From NCBI GenBank assembly GCA_963666985.2, contig CAXXIA010000002.1, positions 416,001-480,000 on the forward strand: DNA of 64,000 nt, read 5' to 3'. The notes under the pieces were generated by a model. It worked only from the letters and a program-made list of their open reading frames with translations, had not been told where the DNA came from and searched no databases. Of this stretch, positions 42,200 to 50,939 are shown piece after piece (the stretch's first letter is position 1; every line of letters starts with the position of its first letter). The position numbers were made by a program, and so were the translations under genes. Source of the DNA: Spirochaetia bacterium. GTDB lineage: Bacteria; Spirochaetota; Spirochaetia; DSM-2461.

Positions 42200-43260
42200 A
42201 TACCGCCGCCGTAAGCTTTCACGATTTGCCCCTCGATAAGCCGATGGTGTCCGTCCAGAACGAAAAGAGAACCGGACCACTCTTCGGGAACGGCGATTCT
42301 TTCCTCGTCACGGAAAAGACCCGGATCATCCAGACGATGAACGGTGGAATCGGCGGGATCTAAGCGCCACAAACCTCCGTCGCCCGAAAGCGTTCTTAAG
42401 GGCAGCGACCAAACAGCTTTTTTTTCATCAATGACAAATTCAACCCTAAGGCGGCAGCCTATGGGCCAAGAAATACTTCCGGGATTGAAAGTACAGGTAA
42501 CTTCAAAGGTTTTATTCTCAGGAGAAACCGAGGGGCCGATGAGAAGAATCCGGGCCGTACCCGTATCATCCGTGTCCGGCCGGCTTACCCGCACGTCCAC
42601 GTTCCGCGGATTTTTAAAACGGTTCCAGTACTTTTCCGGAACCTTAACCTTCGCCCGAAGATTCTCAGAATCGCCGATGAGAAAAAGCGGACCGGATACC
42701 GAAGCGATATTTCCCGAATCGGCGTAGCGGTTTAAAACAAGACCGTCCATGGGAGAAATCACATCGGCATAATCAAGCCGCATCCGAGCCAATTCATACG
42801 AGGCCAAAGCGGCATCACGGGAAGCACGGGCCTCCTCCAGCTGCTGCTGGCTGGTTCCCGAGCTTCGATTCAGGCTTTCAATTCTGATTAGAGTATTCTC
42901 GGCGAGCTTCCAGGCCGCTTCCGCCGATTTGAGTTCCAGAGCGTACGGTTGCGGATCGACACGCGCAAGAAGTTCGCCTTTGCGAACGCTCATTCCCTGC
43001 TCAGCGGTTATTTCCAGAAGAGTACCGGAGACTTTGGGAACCACGGTAACCGTCTGCGCGGATTCCAAAATCGCAGGGAACGCGATCCGAATCGCCAAGT
43101 CTTGTTTCTCGGGAGCTACAGTGGAAACCGTTACGCTTCGCGGCGGCCCAGCGTCTTCCGGACGCAGCTTCCGCAGAATCCAGAATACGGCCGCGGATAT
43201 CAGAAGAACCCCGACGATCAATATCAGAATACGCTTTTGTGCAGCTCTATTACGTTCCAT
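42196..43260 (-). CDS. RND efflux periplasmic adaptor (membrane fusion protein)
   Basis: N-terminal TM; VVPKVSG...VRKGELLARVD lipoyl-like halves; ISPMDG; overlaps the start of the RND gene. Confidence 0.9.
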   Translation of the reverse strand: MERNRAAQKRILILIVGVLLISAAVFWILRKLRPEDAGPPRSVTVSTVAPEKQDLAIRIAFPAILESAQTVTVVPKVSGTLLEITAEQGMSVRKGELLARVDPQPYALELKSAEAAWKLAENTLIRIESLNRSSGTSQQQLEEARASRDAALASYELARMRLDYADVISPMDGLVLNRYADSGNIASVSGPLFLIGDSENLRAKVKVPEKYWNRFKNPRNVDVRVSRPDTDDTGTARILLIGPSVSPENKTFEVTCTFNPGSISWPIGCRLRVEFVIDEKKAVWSLPLRTLSGDGGLWRLDPADSTVHRLDDPGLFRDEERIAVPEEWSGSLFVLDGHHRLIEGQIVKAYGGGI

Positions 43261-43694
43261 AACGCCCGCTCCCCGACATTCGGACGGCCCGGCCGATTGA
43301 GAGGACGATTTCAAAACTCAACGAGTTTGAAGCGGTATCGGCCGTCGGATACGGATAATCTCATGAATGATGAAATTGCCTCCGACGGCATAATTTTAGA
43401 AAAGAGAATTTATTCGTGTTAGTGAACGTTCGTCAGAATCAGTATTGCATCACGTCATGAATCTTCGGGAGATTCGTCATAAAAAACCGGGAGGCCTGCG
43501 ATACGGCACGAAAAATTTCTTTTCGTGGCCCCTCCGTACCGAGCCTCCCGTCTTATGGGAGTATAAAATCCTCCGTTGGCGATGAGAAACGGGTCAAGCG
43601 TCATATTCAATCATGACATTTGTCAGAAAACGCATCATGCCGTGACACGAACATATTGGTCTCTGTGTTAGAATCGAGAAGCGAGATAACGAAC

Positions 43695-45023
43695 ATGCCG
43701 AACAAAAATAACCGCGGGAGCAGCAAACATAAACGAAGAATACCGATAACGCTTCCGGGAAATCGCCTTGAAGGCGGTCTTATTCGTATTTTCCGATTCT
43801 TTTTCGGCGGAGTGGCCATCATCTTCCTCCTCCTACAAGTCGCCCCCGGCCCCTTAAAGAACAGCGATCCTTACACGAGAAAGGCCATGATGCTGTTCTG
43901 CTTAACCTACGGAGTGATTTTTATCTATCTTCTCATTCCGGGGCTTGAAAAAAAATTGAAAGATTTTTACATGCCCCCGGTGCTCATCGCGGCCAGTGTT
44001 ATTCCCATCGCCATCATCAACGCCAAGTACCGCTCCCTTCTGCACGCAGGCGTTCCCATCAACACCCTCGACGACACCATGACGGTCACCATACTCCTGA
44101 TTTTCCCGCTGATCGTCACGGCATGGCAGTACAGTTTTCCCATCGTGTTCCTCTTCTTCGTTGTTCTCGGCTTTCTCGATCCTTTGCTCATCGTTTTGGT
44201 CAATGAAAGTTTTACTCCGGAAATCTACGGAGCGTTCAACGCTTCGCTGGTCCGGATTCTCGCCCTCGGAGCGGTAGGCTTCATGATTACCGAACTCAGA
44301 GACACGCAACGGCAGGAGCGCAAGGCGCTGGAAGATGCCAACCGCAAACTTGAGGATTACGCCCGGGCCAGTGAACGTCTGGCCGCCAGCCGCGAACGGA
44401 ACAGGCTCGCCCGCGACCTGCACGATACCCTGGCTCATACCTTAAGCGGATTGGCCATTCAGCTCGACGCCATGGGAACCGTCGTTAAGGAAAACGATGA
44501 AACCCTGAAAGACATGATTGAGAAAGCTCATGCGAATGTCAGGGACGGACTGAACGAAACCCGGCGGGCCCTAAAAGATCTTCGGGCCAGCCCTCTTGAC
44601 GACATGGGTCTCTGTCTGGCCCTTCAGAGGCTGGCGGACGATGCCGGCGCCAGGGATCATGTCGTCGTGGAAACCGTTCTGCCCCAGGAAATACCGGACT
44701 GGAACGAAAACCTTGAAGAAGGAGTCTACAGGATTGCTCAGGAAGCCCTGGAGAACGTGGTTCGTCATGCCAGAGCTTCAATCGCGAGATTGATCCTGGA
44801 AGGCGATGAGAATTTTCTTTCCTTGACGATTACCGACAACGGACGAGGATTTGATTCAAAATCAAATCGCGAAGAGGGTCGATACGGAATCGAAGGCATG
44901 CAAGAGAGAGCGTTTTCCCTCGGCGGTCTTCTTTCGGTGGACAGCGCCGTGGGCAAGGGAACAACAATCCGATTTGAATGGGAAAAAATGCTGACGGAGG
45001 ATTCATGGAAGACGAATCGGTAA
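43695..45023 (+). CDS. membrane sensor histidine kinase (HisKA_3 / NarX-type)
   Basis: ERNRLARDLHDTLAH, YRIAQEALENVVRHA, DNGRGFD and GMQERA motifs; start uncertain. Confidence 0.92.
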   Translation: MPNKNNRGSSKHKRRIPITLPGNRLEGGLIRIFRFFFGGVAIIFLLLQVAPGPLKNSDPYTRKAMMLFCLTYGVIFIYLLIPGLEKKLKDFYMPPVLIAASVIPIAIINAKYRSLLHAGVPINTLDDTMTVTILLIFPLIVTAWQYSFPIVFLFFVVLGFLDPLLIVLVNESFTPEIYGAFNASLVRILALGAVGFMITELRDTQRQERKALEDANRKLEDYARASERLAASRERNRLARDLHDTLAHTLSGLAIQLDAMGTVVKENDETLKDMIEKAHANVRDGLNETRRALKDLRASPLDDMGLCLALQRLADDAGARDHVVVETVLPQEIPDWNENLEEGVYRIAQEALENVVRHARASIARLILEGDENFLSLTITDNGRGFDSKSNREEGRYGIEGMQERAFSLGGLLSVDSAVGKGTTIRFEWEKMLTEDSWKTNR

Positions 45024-45676
45024 TCGGCGTTATCATCTGCGACGATCAAGAAATCGTCAGGGAAGGTCTGAAAACCATCCTTGATTCGGATCAGGGCATC
45101 CGGGTTATCGCCACGGCGGAGGATGGGGAAGATCTTTTCCGCCGAATCGAGACGGTCGGGATTCCCGACGTCGTCCTTATGGATTTGAAAATGCCCATAA
45201 TGAACGGGATTCAGGCCACCCGGCGGCTTCACAACCGACATCCGAATACGAAGGTTCTGATTCTCACCACCTACGACGACGATCAATGGGTGGTGGACGC
45301 CATCCGCTCCGGCGCATCCGGCTATCTGCTCAAAGATACGCCGAGGATAGACCTCATCGATGCGGTGAAAGGTTCGGCCGCCGGACAGAATTTCATCGAT
45401 CCTTCCATCGCGGGCAAGGTATTGGCCATGGCCGCGGGCACCATGCCCAGAATCCCCGAATCATCGGCCCCCGAGATTCGTCCCCGGGAAAAACAGATTC
45501 TCATTCTGATAGCCCGCGGGCTGTCCAACGCCGATATCGCCGAGGAGCTTTACCTCTCCGAAGGAACGGTACGGAACTACGCCAGCGCCCTCTTTACCAG
45601 AATCGGCGTAACCGACCGCACCCAGGCGGCCATCGCGGCGCTCCGATACGGGATTATCGGGCTGGACGATATTTAA
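45005..45676 (+). CDS. NarL/LuxR family response regulator
   Basis: DDQEIVREGL, DVVLMDLKMP and GLSNADIAEELYLSEGTVRNY motifs. Confidence 0.95.
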   Translation: MEDESVIGVIICDDQEIVREGLKTILDSDQGIRVIATAEDGEDLFRRIETVGIPDVVLMDLKMPIMNGIQATRRLHNRHPNTKVLILTTYDDDQWVVDAIRSGASGYLLKDTPRIDLIDAVKGSAAGQNFIDPSIAGKVLAMAAGTMPRIPESSAPEIRPREKQILILIARGLSNADIAEELYLSEGTVRNYASALFTRIGVTDRTQAAIAALRYGIIGLDDI

Positions 45677-45834
45677 TTTGCCGTTGAGGCGCACTTAGAA
45701 CTTCCGTAACGTTCGGTATTCCGATAACGCTCTATCCCACAGAGAGTCGGCCTTCGGGCACATCTATCCACGGGAAAAGCGTACTCACGGAATAAGGATA
45801 CCGAGGAGCGGTTATCAAAAGCGCTTAAGGGATT

Positions 45835-45911
45835 GAGGCGATCTCAGAAATCAGCGATTTTTGAAATAAAACCTTATATAACTGATTCAAAAAAGGGCTT
45901 CAGCCGCCGAT
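45835..45911 (-). repeat. dispersed intergenic repeat, copy B
   Basis: Reverse complement GGCTGAAGCCCT...AAGGTTTTATTTCAAAAATCGCTGATTTCTGAGATCGCCTC is similar to 32908-32981. Confidence 0.7.
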
Positions 45912-46086
45912 TCTAAGCAATTTCATAATCTTTCGTTTATTAAACCCCGCCGGTTTTCTTTTCGTACCGCGGCGCTTTGACTTTCAAACTTAAAAAACAG
46001 GCATTAATAATTCCCGACATACAAATTTGCTTATTTTTTTCGGACCGTCGAAAATTAAGAAAGTGAAACATTCAAGGAGTCGTCCT

Positions 46087-47580
46087 TTGAAAAAAACAAA
46101 TTCTTTATTCATATTAATTCCGCTGATTTTTTCGGCAGTTACCGGCTGCCACAATCCCGGCTCTTCATCATCCACAAAAGGGTGGAGTTTAACCATCACT
46201 CTTCTTCCGCGCCTTCTTACAGAATCGGCCGATAACTACCTTGTTGAAGGAATCGGCCCCGGCGGGGATGGATTCAGTGAAACCGTTGCCGGGACGTCTT
46301 TGAGGATTGATTCCCCGGCGGCCGGAGCATGGACGATCAACGTTACGGCCTATAACGGCGGAGGAACAATCATCGGAACCGGGCAGGATACGGTCACACT
46401 GCAAACTGAAGTTTCAAGTTCGCAGCCCATAATCGTTGCGCCCGAAGGAACATTCATTTCCCAATGGCAAACCGAGAATCTCGGTGTTTCGGATGATGCT
46501 CAAATTCAGCTGCCTCTGGTATCGGGGGGGAACTACAATTTTGAAGTTGATTGGGGGGACGGCAGCCAAAGCACCATTACGGACTTCACCGACATTGAAA
46601 AAACTCATACGTATACTTCATCGGGATGTTACACGGTCTGTTTTTCAGGAACGCTGGAAGGCTTTTCCTTTGGGAATCAAAGTTACTCTTACAATGGGGA
46701 CGATGTTTTCTTAGGTGATTCCCGAAAACTGGTCGAAATATCCCAATGGGGCTTCATCAAACTTGGAAACAACGGGAAATATTTTCAGTATTGCACGAGC
46801 CTGGAAATAAGCGCCGAAGATGTTCCCGATTTATCGGGAACAACCGATCTATCCAAAATGTTTCTTGAATGTATCCGTCTCGATACCGTTCCCAATATGG
46901 GAAGCTGGGATGTATCGTCGGTTACGAATATGAGTGAAATGTTTTCAGGAGCCGTATCCTTCAATGAAGATATCGGCAGCTGGAACGTGTCGTCCGTAAC
47001 GGATATGAATAACATGTTCTCCGAGGCTTCCGTTTTCAACCAAGACCTAAACGGATGGACGGTCTCCTCGGTAACGGATATGAACGGGATGTTTTCAGGT
47101 GCCGCATCCTTTGATGGAGATATCGGTTCTTGGGATGTCGGTTCCGTAACGAATATGAACAACCTGTTCTATCAAGCCGCTGTTTTTAATCGGGATATCG
47201 GCGGCTGGAGTCCTTCAAGCGTGTTGTATATGAACAGTATGTTTAATGAAGCGGCCGCATTTAATCAAAATATCGGCATCTGGGATGTCTCGAATATAAG
47301 ACGCATGAATTTCATGTTTCACAAAGCCGTCTCTTTTAACCAGAACCTGGGAGGCTGGGAGATATCGGACATCATATCCATGGAAGGCATGTTCGATTTT
47401 ACCACTCTCGGCACGGAGAATTATGATGCTCTTTTAAACGGATGGGCCGCTCTTACATTAAACTCAAATGTGGCTTTCAGCGCCGGTGCTTCCAAGTACA
47501 GCAGTGCGGCCGATACGGCCCGCCGGGTTTTAATCGATACTTACGGATGGAGTATTACCGACGGCGGATTAACGGAATAG
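46087..47580 (+). CDS. BspA-like / DUF285-repeat surface lipoprotein with a PKD-like domain
   Basis: AAGGAG + TTG start; lipobox-like AVTGC; YNFEVDWGDGS; about seven 25-aa repeats FNxDIGxWDVSSVTxMxxMF. Confidence 0.88.
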   Translation: MKKTNSLFILIPLIFSAVTGCHNPGSSSSTKGWSLTITLLPRLLTESADNYLVEGIGPGGDGFSETVAGTSLRIDSPAAGAWTINVTAYNGGGTIIGTGQDTVTLQTEVSSSQPIIVAPEGTFISQWQTENLGVSDDAQIQLPLVSGGNYNFEVDWGDGSQSTITDFTDIEKTHTYTSSGCYTVCFSGTLEGFSFGNQSYSYNGDDVFLGDSRKLVEISQWGFIKLGNNGKYFQYCTSLEISAEDVPDLSGTTDLSKMFLECIRLDTVPNMGSWDVSSVTNMSEMFSGAVSFNEDIGSWNVSSVTDMNNMFSEASVFNQDLNGWTVSSVTDMNGMFSGAASFDGDIGSWDVGSVTNMNNLFYQAAVFNRDIGGWSPSSVLYMNSMFNEAAAFNQNIGIWDVSNIRRMNFMFHKAVSFNQNLGGWEISDIISMEGMFDFTTLGTENYDALLNGWAALTLNSNVAFSAGASKYSSAADTARRVLIDTYGWSITDGGLTE

Positions 47581-47814
47581 AGATTTAGAGACATTTTTTG
47601 TAGCCGGTCATTAAGGTCCTGCTTTAATTCTTTATTGTCAGTCCGGACGATAATAAACCGGCTATAATCAAAAAAGTCGATTATGAATCTCCAAGGAAGA
47701 AGTTTCAGGCACGGCCATCCGCCCCTGAGCCAACCGCCAATCAGATGCCTCTTCCTGAGCTTCCCACAAATCGCAGCAACAACACGGCATCAGTCAAGCC
47801 GACCTTTAATCAAT

Positions 47815-48000
47815 CAGCAATTCTCATTTTGGGCGTCTCCCCGGCCTCCGGCCGGGTTCTGGTCGGAAACCTGCGGTTTCCTGCTCGAACATGTATCCGG
47901 ACCGGGCTATCCGGGGGTACCGTCTAAACGGACTTTTGCCCGTTTAGACCGCTTCGCGCCCCTCCTATCCCTGACGCTTTTTCTAAAATGAGAATTGCTG
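47815..48000. mobile_element. MITE-like element with terminal IRs and target-site duplication
   Basis: Perfect 16-bp IR CAGCAATTCTCATTTT / AAAATGAGAATTGCTG, flanked on both sides by TCAAT; hairpin-rich interior. Confidence 0.85.
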
Positions 48001-48150
48001 TCAATCAATACAATGTGTCGGCGGTGTATAGACGAAGAATTTACATGAGGGGATTACACCCTTCCGTGAATAAAAACCGACTCATTCTCGTACAAGCGTA
48101 TTACTTCCTCGGCAACAGAATGTGAATGTGTATAGGGTGAGTAAAATAAC

Positions 48151-48189
48151 AAAGCCTTTGGAATCCCATACTCGAATTCCAAAGGCTTT
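48151..48189. terminator. hairpin, probable terminator of the MATE gene
   Basis: AAAGCCTTTGGAAT...ATTCCAAAGGCTTT 14-bp stem just downstream of the MATE stop codon. Confidence 0.7.
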
Positions 48190-48211
48190 CTCCCAATTAA
48201 TACAATGGCAC

Positions 48212-49597
48212 TTAGGCTTTAACAGCCTCGGTTATCGGCCGCCTGACAATCCCTTCTTTTAATTTTCCAAACTCCGTAATTACCATGAAGAACACCCAGA
48301 TAATAATCACAAGATCGATAAGAAATGATCCTTTGTAAACCCAGCTTACGCCAAAGAATCTGGGAAGAGTCAGCATAACAGGGACATAGAATACCAGCTG
48401 ACGGGCGATTCCCATTATGGCCGAAGGTTTGCTGTTGTTTATGGCGGGGAAAAAGGTCATGGCCATAAAGATAACCGGCAGCACCGGAAGAAGAACAGTA
48501 AAGAACCTGAAGTTGGCCAGATCGGAGGCTGCAAAGTCTTTTACCGGAAGCATGATATGCAAAACCATTTCAGGGTTAATCATCATGATGGCCCAAAAGG
48601 GTGCCATGAGTATGGTGGCCGCCACACCGAAAATTTTGAAACTGCTGATAACACGGTCATACCTCTCGGCTCCGAAGTTGATTCCGATGGCCGGCTGAAG
48701 AGCCCGCATCAAACCAAAGACGGGTGTGAGGAGGAACATGAAGATCCGGTAGGCAATTCCATAAAAGGCAATGTCCGCTGTAGAACCGAAACGGCTAAGC
48801 GCATTAAGTACAACAAGACCCTGAACAACGGTCATAACCGCCATAATCATTGAGGGCACGCCCATACTGATGATTGATTTTTTTACATACTTATCCCGGC
48901 GAACCGAAAAAGGTTTGGCTTCAAAGGATATTTTCTTTTTATCGGTGGCATAAAAAAAGAACACGATAGTGTACACCAGCATGCCGATGTTGGTGCCCCA
49001 GGCCGCTCCCTTTACGCCCCATCCAAGAACAACGATAAAAAAATAGTTCGCGATGACATTAACAATTAATCCCGGTGCCATCATGGCTGCCGCCGAGCCC
49101 ATTTTTCCTTCTGCGCGGACAATCATGTTATAGGCAAGGCCGGCAATCCAGAATACCGAACCGTAGCAGGTTACCCGGAAATAATCGGCTCCCAGCGTTA
49201 AGGCGGTTCCCGTACCTCCCATCATTCTGACGATGGGCACCGCAAGGATAATTCCCAAGATGGTATAAACCACCGAAAAAATGATGTTGAGATAGTTGGC
49301 ATTACCCAAAAGTTTCCGCTGGGTTTCTCGATCGTTGGCTCCAATGGCAATACTCAGCGCCGAGCCGGCACCAACACCGATAAGCTGCCCCAGCCCCAGC
49401 GGCAGCTGGGAAAGAGGATAGGCCAGTGAAACACCGGCAAGAGCCTCTTCCCCGACGAACCGTCCGACGAAAATGGCGTCGAATACCGTGTTCAATCCAT
49501 AGAGAACCATGGCGATAATAGCGGGCCATGACAGTTTCCACATGACTCTCCATAAATTATCATTGAGGATCATGTTCTTTTGCTTGTTGTTATCCAT
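48212..49597 (-). CDS. MATE family efflux transporter
   Basis: LSWPAIIAM...DAIFVGRFVGEEALAGVSLAYP, GVKGAAWGT and GINFGAERYDR motifs. Confidence 0.94.
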   Translation of the reverse strand: MDNNKQKNMILNDNLWRVMWKLSWPAIIAMVLYGLNTVFDAIFVGRFVGEEALAGVSLAYPLSQLPLGLGQLIGVGAGSALSIAIGANDRETQRKLLGNANYLNIIFSVVYTILGIILAVPIVRMMGGTGTALTLGADYFRVTCYGSVFWIAGLAYNMIVRAEGKMGSAAAMMAPGLIVNVIANYFFIVVLGWGVKGAAWGTNIGMLVYTIVFFFYATDKKKISFEAKPFSVRRDKYVKKSIISMGVPSMIMAVMTVVQGLVVLNALSRFGSTADIAFYGIAYRIFMFLLTPVFGLMRALQPAIGINFGAERYDRVISSFKIFGVAATILMAPFWAIMMINPEMVLHIMLPVKDFAASDLANFRFFTVLLPVLPVIFMAMTFFPAINNSKPSAIMGIARQLVFYVPVMLTLPRFFGVSWVYKGSFLIDLVIIIWVFFMVITEFGKLKEGIVRRPITEAVKA

Positions 49598-49734
49598 AAA
49601 AGCTCCTGTTTTTAATTACTATTTTTTTTAAGTTCACCTAATTCCGAAGCTGTTTTAATAAACGATAAAAATCCTTTCCGTTCCTTTTTGTCCGAAATGT
49701 CCCTAGCCGGGAAGCAGTTCATGCTCTCAATGCG

Positions 49735-49848
49735 GCAGCGCTGGAAGGGGTGCCGAAGGCAGCCTTTATCGCAAGGCGTTAAAGGCCGAAGCGATAGCGA
49801 AGCCCCGGACATAGCGACCCCGGCACAGCCGGGGTGCCGCCCAAAAAA
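49735..49848 (-). repeat. GC-rich multi-hairpin intergenic element related to the interior of the 47815 element
   Basis: Minus strand TTTTGGGCGGCACCCCGGCTGTGCCGGGG resembles TTTTGGGCGTCTCCCCGGCCTCCGGCCGGG at 47827. Confidence 0.5.
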
Positions 49849-49859
49849 ATCTTAGGCTT

Positions 49860-50492
49860 TTACTCCTCTATTTTCTCATTTCTTAAAGCCAGGGTTCCGT
49901 ATGTAACAAAAACAGCTATTTCCCTGATGTATTTATCCAGTTCTTCAGGATTCGGTTCATGAACAATGACTTCTTCCAGAAAACGCAGATATAACGAGGC
50001 CAGAGTGTGAATAAACATTTCTGTAACATCCCAGCTATAGTTCGATTCCGGTTGAGAGAGGGCTGATATAAAGGTTTGACTGCTTTGGGCATAAAGCTGA
50101 GAAATCCGTTCTCTGAAGTCTTCCATAGAAGACCCGGCGGAAGCTGTGAATAAAAGCTTCAAGGCGTCAAAATTCTTGTAAAAGAATGGAACATTTTCTT
50201 TGAATTTCCCGATGACTTCTTCAAAGGATTTCGTCTCATTCCTGCCGTACGACTTAAGATAAATTTCCTCCGGTTCGGTTGTCATGGAGCGTTCAATAAT
50301 GCTCCATACCGGATTAACGAGCTCAGAGAACAATGCATCCTTGTTTTTGAAGTAGATGTAGATATTGCCCTTGGATATTCCGGCTTTCCGAGCCATCTCG
50401 CGGAGAGATGCCTTGGCGAATCCTTTTTCCAGGAATTCCTTTTTGGCAACTTCGAGTATTAAATCTCTGACTTCATCTTTCTTTTTTTGCAT
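49860..50492 (-). CDS. TetR/AcrR family transcriptional regulator
   Basis: AKKEFLEKGFAKASLREMARKAGISKGNIYIYFKNKDALF HTH; upstream of the MATE gene. Confidence 0.94.
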   Translation of the reverse strand: MQKKKDEVRDLILEVAKKEFLEKGFAKASLREMARKAGISKGNIYIYFKNKDALFSELVNPVWSIIERSMTTEPEEIYLKSYGRNETKSFEEVIGKFKENVPFFYKNFDALKLLFTASAGSSMEDFRERISQLYAQSSQTFISALSQPESNYSWDVTEMFIHTLASLYLRFLEEVIVHEPNPEELDKYIREIAVFVTYGTLALRNEKIEE

Positions 50493-50939
50493 TATAGCCC
50501 CGCTGGATTCATATAAAATCCAGTGGTTTTTATTATTCCGGAAAAACGTAGCCTATTCAATATTTATTAGGAAATATTAATAAAGTTGCTGAAAAAATTG
50601 TTTTAGGGGGGTGTTCTTAAAGAGCACGGAGAATCCCTTATCGGAATGTACCCGGCCGATGTATCGGTTCGGCGAGTGGAAGATAAAACCGAAGCCCTCT
50701 GGGATTCTCGGGTATCTTCGGCACGGTAAGCAATCCGAATAATGAAGATCTGCTCCAAAATGGGAGCGCAAAAGATTTTTGACACTTCAAAGAGATTTTT
50801 CCCATCTAAAGTCGAGGGTTTTCCCTTCCCTTGAGCCCTTTTCAATTTCGGACTTAAGCAAAGCCTCCCCGCAATTCAATCATCTCGTCTTCCCCGCCGG
50901 TATTCCCTCGGGTTAGGATATCTTCAGGGAGGGGATTCT

